From positions 245,520,001-245,584,000 of the forward strand of contig OZ024741.1 in NCBI GenBank assembly GCA_964016885.1: a stretch of DNA of 64,000 bases, in the 5' to 3' direction. Position 1 is the stretch's first letter. Every line of letters begins with the position of its first letter. The notes below the pieces were generated by a model. That model had not been told where the DNA came from and did not search any database. It saw only the letters and a program-made list of their open reading frames with translations. The translations under genes and the position numbers were made by a program. This document shows positions 55,331 to 64,000 of the stretch, one piece after another. Source of the stretch: Eledone cirrhosa (lineage: Eukaryota).

Positions 55331-58300
55331 TTTAATGGATTTTTAATGGATTTTTAATGGGTTTTTAATGGATTTTTTTAAATGGATTTTTTTAATGGAT
55401 TTTTAATGGATTTTTTTAAATTGATTTTTTTAATGGGTTTTTTTTAATGGCTTTTTTTAATGGATTTGTTTTAATGGATTTTTTTTAATGGATTTTTTTT
55501 AATGGGTTTTTTAAATGGATTTTTAATGGATTTTTAATGGATTTTTAATGGATTTTTAATGGGTTTTTAATGGATTTTTTTAAATGGATTTTTTTAATGG
55601 ATTTTTAATGGATTTTTTTAAATTGATTTTTTTTAATGGATTTTTTTTTAATGGATTTTTTTTTAATGGATTTTTTTTTAATGGTTTTTTTTAATGGGTT
55701 TTTTTAATGGATTTTTTAATGGATTTTTAATGGATTTTTAATGGGTTTTTAATGGATTTTTTTATGGATTTATTTTAATGGATTTTTTTTAATGGATTTT
55801 TTAAATTGATTTTTTTAATGGATTTTTTTAATGGGTTTTTTTTAATGGATTTTTTTTAATGGATTTTTTTTTTAATGGATTTTTTTAATGGGTTTTTTTA
55901 ATGGCTTTTTTAAATGGATTTTTTTAATGGATTTTTTTAATGGATTTTTTTTAATGGGTTTTTTAAATGGATTTTTTAATGGATTTTTAATAGATTTTTA
56001 ATGGATTTTTAATGGGTTTTTAATGGATTTTTTTAAATAGATTTTTTTAATGGATTTTTAATGGATTTTTTTAATGGATTTTTTTAATGGGTTTTTTTAA
56101 TGGATTTTTTTTTAATGGATTTTTTTTAATGGGTTTTTTTTTAATGGATTTTTTTAAATGGATTTTTTTAATGGATTTTTAATGCATTTTTTTTAATGAA
56201 TTTTTTTTAATGGGTTTTTTAAATGGATTTTTTAATGGATTTTTAATGGATTTTTAATGGGTTTTTAATGGATTTTTTAATGGATTTTTTTAAATGGATT
56301 TTTTTAATGGATTTTTAATGGATTTTTTTTAATGGATTTTTTTAATGGATTTTTTAATGGATTTTTTAATGGATTTTTTTAAATGGATTTTTTTAATGGA
56401 TTTTTTAAATGGATTTTTTTTATGGATTTTTTTAATGGTTTTTTTTTAATGGATTTTTTTTTAATGGATTTTTTAAATGGATTTTTGTAATGGATTTTTT
56501 TTAATGGGTTTTTTAAATGGATTTTTTAATGGATTTTTAATGGATTTTTAATGGATTTTTAATGGATTTTTAATGGATTTTTAATGGGTTTTTAATGGAT
56601 TTTTTTAAATGGATTTTTTTAATGGATTTTTAATGGATTTTTTTTTAATGGATTTTTTTTAATGGGTTTTTTTTTAATGGATTTTTTTTAATGGATTTTT
56701 TAAATGGATTTTTTTAATGGATTTTTTTTAATGGATTTTTTTTAATGGATTTTTTAAATGAATTTTTTAATGGATTTTTTTAATGGGTTTTTTAAATGGA
56801 TTTTTTAATGGATTTTTAATGGATTTTTAATGGATTTTTAATGGATTTTTTAATGGATTTTTTTAAATGGATTTTTTTAATGGATTTTTAATGCATTTTT
56901 TTAATGGATTTTTTTATTGGATTTTTTTTTTAATGGATTTTTTTTTAATGGATTTTTTTTAATGAATTTTTTTTAATGGGTTTTTTAAATGGATTTTTTA
57001 ATGGATTTTTAATGGATTTTTAATGGGTTTTTAATGGATTTTTTAATGGATTTTTTTAAATGGATTTTTTTAATGGATTTTTAATGGATTTTTTTTAATG
57101 GATTTTTTTAATGGATTTTTTAATGGATTTTTTAATGGATTTTTTTTAATGGATTTTTTTAATGGATTTTTTAAATGGATTTTTTTAATGGATTTTTTTA
57201 ATGGTTTTTTTTAATGGATTTTTTTTTAATGGATTTTTTAAATGGATTTTTTTAATGGATTTTTTTTAATGGGTTTTTTAAATGGATTTTTAATGGATTT
57301 TTAATGGATTTTTAATGGATTTTTAATGGGTTTTTAATGGATTTTTTTAAATGGATTTTTTTAATGGATTTTTAATGGATTTTTTTAAATTGATTTTTTT
57401 TAATGGATTTTTTTTTTAATGGATTTTTTTTTAATGGATTTTTTTTTAATGGATTTTTTTAATGGGTTTTTTAAATGGATTTTTTAATGGATTTTTAATG
57501 GATTTATAATGGGTTTTTTTAAATTGATTTTTTTAATGGGTTTTTTTAATGGCTTTTTTTAAATGGGTTTTTTAATGGCTTTTTTAAATGGATTTTTTTA
57601 ATGGATTTTTTAATGGATTTTTTTTAATGTGTTTTTTAAATGGATTTTTTAATGGATTTTTTTAAATGGATTTTTTTAATGGATTTTTAATGGATTTTTT
57701 TAAATTGATTTTTTTTAATGGATTTTTTTTAATGGATTTTTTTTTTAATGGATTTTTTTAATGGGTTTTTTTAATGGCTTTTTTAAATGGATTTTTTTAA
57801 TGGTTTTTTTTTAATGGGTTTTTTAAATGGATTTTTTAATGGATTTTTAATTGATTTTTAATGGATTTTTAATGGGTTTTTAATGGATTTTTGAAATGGA
57901 TTTTTTAATGGATTTTTTTTAATGGGTTTTTTAAATGGATTTTTTTAATGGATTTTTAATGGATTTTTAATGGATTTTTAATGGGTTTTTAATGGATTTT
58001 TTAAATGGATTTTTTTAATGGATTTTTAATGGATTTTTTTAATGGATTTTTTTTAATGGTTTCTTTTAATGGATTTTTTTTTAATGGATTTTTTTTAATG
58101 GGTTTTTTTTTAATGGATTTTTTTTAATGGATTTTTTTAATGGATTTTTTTAATGGATTTTTAATGGATTTTTTTTAATGGATTTTTTTAATGGATTTTT
58201 TAATGGATTTTTTTATGGATTTTTTTTAATGGATTTTTTTTAATGGATTTTTTAAATGGATTTTTTTAATGGATTTTTTTAATGGGTTTTTTTAATGGAT

Positions 58301-60058
58301 TTCTTTTTAATGGATTTTTTAAATGGATTTTTTTAATGGATTTTTTTAATGGGTTTTTTAAATGGATTTTTTAATGTATTTTTAATGGATTTTTAATGGA
58401 TTTTTAATGGGTTTTTAATGGATTTTTTTTAATGGATTTTTTTAATGGATTTTTAATGGATTTTTTTAATGGATTTTTTTTAATGGGTTTTTTTTAATGG
58501 ATTTTTTTTTAATGGATTTTTTTAATGGGTTTTTTAAATGGATTTTTTACTGGATTTTTAATGGATTTTTAATGGGTTTTTAATGGATTTTTTTTAAATT
58601 GATTTTTTTAATGGGTTTTTTTTAATGGCTTTTTTTTAATGGGTTTATTTAATGGCTTTTTTAAATGGATTTTTTAAATGGATTTTTTTAATGGATTTTT
58701 TTTAATGGGTTTTTTAAATGGATTTTTTAATGGATTTTTTTAATTTGATTTTTTTTAATGGATTTTTTTTAATGGATTTTTTTTTTAATGGATTTTTTTA
58801 ATGGGTTTTTTTAATGGCTTTTTTAAATGGATTTTTTTAATGGATTTTTTTAATGGATTTTTTTTAATGGGTTTTTTAAATGGATTTTTTAATGGATTTT
58901 TAATAGATTTTTAATGGATTTTTAATGGGTTTTTAATGGATTTTTTAAATGGATTTTTTTAATGGATTTTTTTTAATGGGTTTTTTAAATGGATTTTTTT
59001 AATGGATTTTTAATGGATTTTTAATGGATTTTTAATGGTTTTTAATGGATTTTTTAAATGGATTTTTTTAATGGATTTTTTATGGATTTTTTAAATTGAT
59101 TTTTTTTAATGGATTTTTTTTAATGGATTTTTTTTAATGGATTTTTTTTTTTAATGGATTTTTTTTTAATGGGTTTTTTTAATGGCTTTTTTAAATGGAT
59201 TTTTTTAATGGATTTCTTTAATGGATTTTTTTAATGGATTTTTTTTTAATGGGTTTTTTTAATGGCTTTTTTAAATGGATTTTTTTAATGGATTTTTTTT
59301 AATGGGTTTTTTTTTAATGGATTTTTTTTAATGGATTTTTTAAATGGATTTTTTTAATGAATTTTTTTTAATGGGTTTTTTTAAATGGATTTTTTTTAAT
59401 GGATTTTTTAAATGAATTTTTTTAATGGATTTTTTTAATGGGTTTTTTAAATGGATTTTTTAATGGATTTTTAATGGGTTTTTAATGGATTTTTTAATGG
59501 ATTTTTTTAAATGGATTTTTTTAATGGATTTTTAATGGATTTTTTTTAATGGATTTTTTTAATGGATTTTTTAATGGATTTTTTAATGGATTTTTTTTAA
59601 TGGATTTTTTTAATGGATTTTTTAAATGGATTTTTTAATGGATTTTTTTAATGGGTTTTTTTTAATGGATTTTTTTTTAATGGATTTTTTAAATGGATTT
59701 TTTTAATGGATTTTTTTTAATGGGTTTTTTAAATGGATTTTTTAATGGATTTTTAATGGATTTTTAATGGATTTTTAATGGGTTTTTAATGGATTTTTTT
59801 AAATGGATTTTTTTAATGGATTTTTAATGGATTTTTTTAAATTGATTTTTTTTAATGGATTTTTTTTTTAATGGATTTTTTTTTAATGGATTTTTTTTCA
59901 ATGGATTTTTTTAATGGGTTTTTTAAATGGATTTTTTAATGGATTTTTAATGGATTTTTAATGGGTTTTTTTAAATTGATTTTTTTAATGGGTTTTTTTT
60001 AATGGCTTTTTTTTAATGGGTTTTTTAATGGCTTTTTTAAATGGATTTTTTTAATGGA

Positions 60059-63000
60059 TTTTTTAATGGATTTTTTTTAATGGGTTTTTTAAATGGATTT
60101 TTTAATGGATTTTTTTAAATGGATTTTTTTAATGGATTTTTAATGGATTTTTTTAAATTGATTTTTTTTAATGGATTTTTTTTAATGGATTTTTTTTTTA
60201 ATGGATTTTTTTAATGGGTTTTTTTAATGGCTTTTTTAAATGGATTTTTTTAATGGTTTTTTTTTTATGGGTTTTTTAAATGGATTTTTTAATGGATTTT
60301 TAATTGATTTTTAATGGATTTTTAATGGATTTTTAATGGGTTTTTAATGGATTTTTTTAAATGGATTTTTTTAATGGATTTTTAATGGATTTTTTTAATG
60401 GATTTTTTTAATGGGTTTTTTTAATGGATTTTTTTTTAATGGATTTTTTTTAATGGGTTTTTTTTAATGGATTTTTTTTAATGGATTTTTTAAATGGATT
60501 TTTTTAATGGATTTTTTTTAATGGGTTTTTTTAAATGGATTTTTTTTAATGGATTTTTTAAATGAATTTTTTTAATGGATTTTTTTAATGGGTTTTTTAA
60601 ATGGATTTTTTAATGGATTTTTAATGGATTTTTAATGGATTTTTAATGGATTTTTTAATGGATTTTTTTAAATGGATTTTTTTAATGGATTTTTAATGCA
60701 TTTTTTTTAATGGATTTTTTTAATGGATTTTTTTTTTAATGGATTTTTTTTTAATGGATTTTTTTTTAATGAATTTTTTTTAATGGGTTTTTTAAATGGA
60801 TTTTTTAATGGATTTTTAATGGATTTTTAATGGGTTTTTAATGGATTTTTTAATGGATTTTTTTAAATGGATTTTTTTAATGGATTTTTAATGGATTTTT
60901 TTTAATGGATTTTTTTAATGGATTTTTTAATGGATTTTTTAATGGATTTTTTTTAATGGATTTTTTTAATGGATTTTTTAAATGGATTTTTTTAATGGAT
61001 TTTTTTAATGGTTTTTTTTAATGGATTTTTTTTTAATGGATTTTTTAAATGGATTTTTTTAATGGATTTTTTTTAATGGGTTTTTTAAATGGATTTTTTA
61101 ATGGATTTTTAATGGATTTTTAATGGATTTTTAATGGGTTTTTAATGGATTTTTTTAAATGGATTTTTTTAATGGATTTTTAATGGATTTTTTTAAATTG
61201 ATTTTTTTTAATGGATTTTTTTTTTAATGGATTTTTTTTTAATGGATTTTTGTTTAATGGATTTTTTTAATGGGTTTTTTAAATGGATTTTTTAATGGAT
61301 TTTTAATGGATTTATAATGGGTTTTTTTAAATTGATTTTTTTAATGGGTTTTTTTAATGGCTTTTTTTAAATGGGTTTTTTTAATGGCTTTTTTAAATGG
61401 ATTTTTTTAATGGATTTTTTAATGGATTTTTTTTAATGGGTTTTTTAAATGGATTTTTTAATGGATTTTTTTAAATGGATTTTTTTAATGGATTTTTAAT
61501 GGATTTTTTTAAATTGATTTTTTTTAATGGATTTTTTTTAATGGATTTTTTTTTTAATGGATTTTTTTAATGCGTTTTTTTAATGGCTTTTTTAAATGGA
61601 TTTTTTTAATGGTTTTTTTTTAATGGGTTTTTTAAATGGATTTTTTAATGGATTTTTAATTGATTTTTAATGGATTTTTAATGGGTTTTTAATGGATTTT
61701 TGAAATGGATTTTTTAATGGATTTTTTTTAATGGGTTTTTTAAATGGATTTTTTTAATGGATTTTTAATGGATTTTTAATGGATTTTTAATGGGTTTTTA
61801 ATGGATTTTTTAAATGGATTTTTTTAATGGATTTTTAATGGATTTTTTTAATGGATTTTTTTTAATGGTTTCTTTTAATGGATTTTTTTTTAATGGATTT
61901 TTTTTAATGGGTTTTTTTTTAATGGATTTTTTTTAATGGATTTTTTTTAATGGGTTTTTTAAATGGATTTTTTAATGGATTTTTTTAAATGGATTTTTTT
62001 AATGGATTTTTAATGGATTTTTTTAAATTGATTTTTTTTAATGGATTTTTTTTAATGGATTTTTTTTTAATGGATTTTTTTAATGGGTTTTTTTAATGGC
62101 TTTTTTAAATGGATTTTTTTAATGGTTTTTTTTTTATGGGTTTTTTAAATGGATTTTTTAATGGATTTTTAATTGATTTTTAATGGATTTTTAATGGATT
62201 TTTAATGGGTTTTTAATGGATTTTTTTAAATGGATTTTTTTAATGGATTTTTAATGGATTTTTTTAATGGATTTTTTTAATGGGTTTTTTTAATGGATTT
62301 TTTTTTAATGGATTTTTTTTAATGGGTTTTTTTTAATGGATTTTTTTTAATGGATTTTTTAAATGGATTTTTTTAATGGATTTTTTTTAATGGGTTTTTT
62401 TAAATGGATTTTTTTTAATGGATTTTTTAAATGAATTTTTTTAATGGATTTTTTTAATGGGTTTTTTAAATGGATTTTTTAATGGATTTTTAATGGATTT
62501 TTAATGGATTTTTAATGGATTTTTTAATGGATTTTTTTAAATGGATTTTTTTAATGGATTTTGAATGCATTTTTTTTAATGGATTTTTTTAATGGATTTT
62601 TTTTTTAATGGATTTTTTTTTAATGGATTTTTTTTTAATGAATTTTTTTTAATGGGTTTTTTAAATGGATTTTTTAATGGATTTTTAATGGATTTTTAAT
62701 GGGTTTTTAATGGATTTTTTAATGGATTTTTTAAATGGATTTTTTTAATGGATTTTTAATGGATTTTTTTTAATGGATTTTTTTAATGGATTTTTTAATG
62801 GATTTTTTAATGGATTTTTTTTAATGGATTTTTTTAATGGATTTTTTAAATGGATTTTTTTAATGGATTTTTTTAATGGTTTTTTTTTAATGGATTTTTT
62901 TTTAATGGATTTTTTAAATGGATTTTTTTAATGGATTTTTTTTAATGGGTTTTTTAAATGGATTTTTTAATGGATTTTTAATGGATTTTTAATGGATTTT

Positions 63001-63810
63001 TAATGGGTTTTTAATGGATTTTTTTAAATGGATTTTTTTAATGGATTTTTAATGGATTTTTTTAAATTGATTTTTTTTAATGGATTTTTTTTTTAATGGA
63101 TTTTTTTTTAATGGATTTTTTTTTAATGGATTTTTTTAATGGGTTTTTTAAATGGATTTTTTAATGGATTTTTAATGGATTTATAATGGGTTTTTTTAAA
63201 TTGATTTTTTTAATGGGTTTTTTTAATGGCTTTTTTTAAATGGGTTTTTTTAATGGCTTTTTTAAATGGATTTTTTTAATGGATTTTTTAATGGATTTTT
63301 TTTAATGGGTTTTTTAAATGGATTTTTTAATGGATTTTTTTAAATGGATTTTTTTAATGGATTTTTAATGGATTTTTTTAAATTGATTTTTTTTAATGGA
63401 TTTTTTTTAATGGATTTTTTTTTTAATGGATTTTTTTAATGCGTTTTTTTAATGGCTTTTTTAAATGGATTTTTTTAATGGTTTTTTTTTAATGGGTTTT
63501 TTAAATGGATTTTTTAATGGATTTTTAATTGATTTTTAATGGATTTTTAATGGGTTTTTAATGGATTTTTGAAATGGATTTTTTAATGGATTTTTTTTAA
63601 TGGGTTTTTTAAATGGATTTTTTTAATGGATTTTTAATGGATTTTTAATGGATTTTTAATGGGTTTTTAATGGATTTTTTAAATGGATTTTTTTAATGGA
63701 TTTTTAATGGATTTTTTTAATGGATTTTTTTTAATGGTTTCTTTTAATGGATTTTTTTTAATGGATTTTTTTTAATGGGTTTTTTTTTTAATGGATTTTT
63801 TTTAATGGAT
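60059..63810 (+). repeat. Tandem duplication, period ~1869-1870 bp (~60059-61928 / ~61929-63810)
   Basis: TATGGG (A at 60267/62136) and AATGCG (C at 61573/63442), both +1869. The first line of each copy (60061/61931) matches at +1870. Confidence 0.9.
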
Positions 63811-64000
63811 TTTTTTAATGGATTTTTTTAATGGATTTTTAATGGATTTTTTTTAATGGATTTTTTTAATGGATTTTTTAATGGATTTTTTTATGGATTT
63901 TTTTTAATGGATTTTTTTTAATGGATTTTTTAAATGGATTTTTTTAATGGATTTTTTTAATGGGTTTTTTTAATGGATTTCTTTTTAATGGATTTTTTAA

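Larger units (their letters stand above)
1..64000 (+). repeat. AT-rich tandem satellite array, monomer AATGGA(T)5-12 (reverse strand (A)nTCCATT), open at both window ends
   Basis: Every line consists of AATGGA/AATGGG/AATGGC/AAATGGA/AAATTGA heads separated by T homopolymers. I saw no inversion (no CCATT on the + strand) and no unique-sequence interruption. Confidence 0.99.

Noticed and set aside
1-64000. CRISPR-like array (constant repeat plus variable spacer)
   Set aside because: The constant part is only ~6 bp, the 'spacers' are T homopolymers, and there is no leader or cas gene.
1-64000. Telomerase-synthesised irregular telomeric tract (G/T-rich, C-poor strand with slipping T count)
   Set aside because: Point variants and T-length series are inherited in kb-scale duplicated blocks, which indicates recombination or replication-based amplification rather than de novo templated addition. 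A subtelomeric location or telomere-derived origin is not excluded.
1-64000. Pure sequencing noise or low-complexity basecalling artefact
   Set aside because: Random homopolymer error would not reproduce run-length series and rare SNVs at constant offsets over kilobases.
1-64000. Intrinsic terminators, Pol III terminators, ATG starts, TTAA piggyBac target sites
   Set aside because: These are trivial by-products of the monomer. There are no GC hairpins, no associated genes and no inserted element or terminal inverted repeats.

Overview
The whole 64-kb window is one uninterrupted, single-orientation, very AT-rich satellite array. The monomer is AATGGA followed by a T-run of usually 5-10 (up to about 12), so about 11-18 bp; I estimate about 5,000 monomers and about 17-19% GC by eye. 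The + strand is almost free of C. I see no credible gene, RNA gene, transposon, CRISPR array or unique sequence, and the two 60-aa ORFs are chance read-throughs of the repeat. The information lies in the order of head variants (AATGGA, AATGGG, AATGGC, AAATGGA, AAATTGA, AATGAA, AATGCA and others) and of T-run lengths. This order is inherited faithfully and shows nested higher-order structure: 11-18-bp monomer, a ~0.2-0.35-kb recurring 'phrase', ~0.8-0.9-kb units, 1.9-3.6-kb duplications, and one near-identical 18.8-kb tandem duplication (~8685-27486 / ~27487-46271). This looks like eukaryotic centromeric, pericentromeric or subtelomeric heterochromatic satellite DNA. The organism and function cannot be determined from the sequence. 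All offsets were measured by hand from rare marker variants, and boundaries are approximate (tens of bp).
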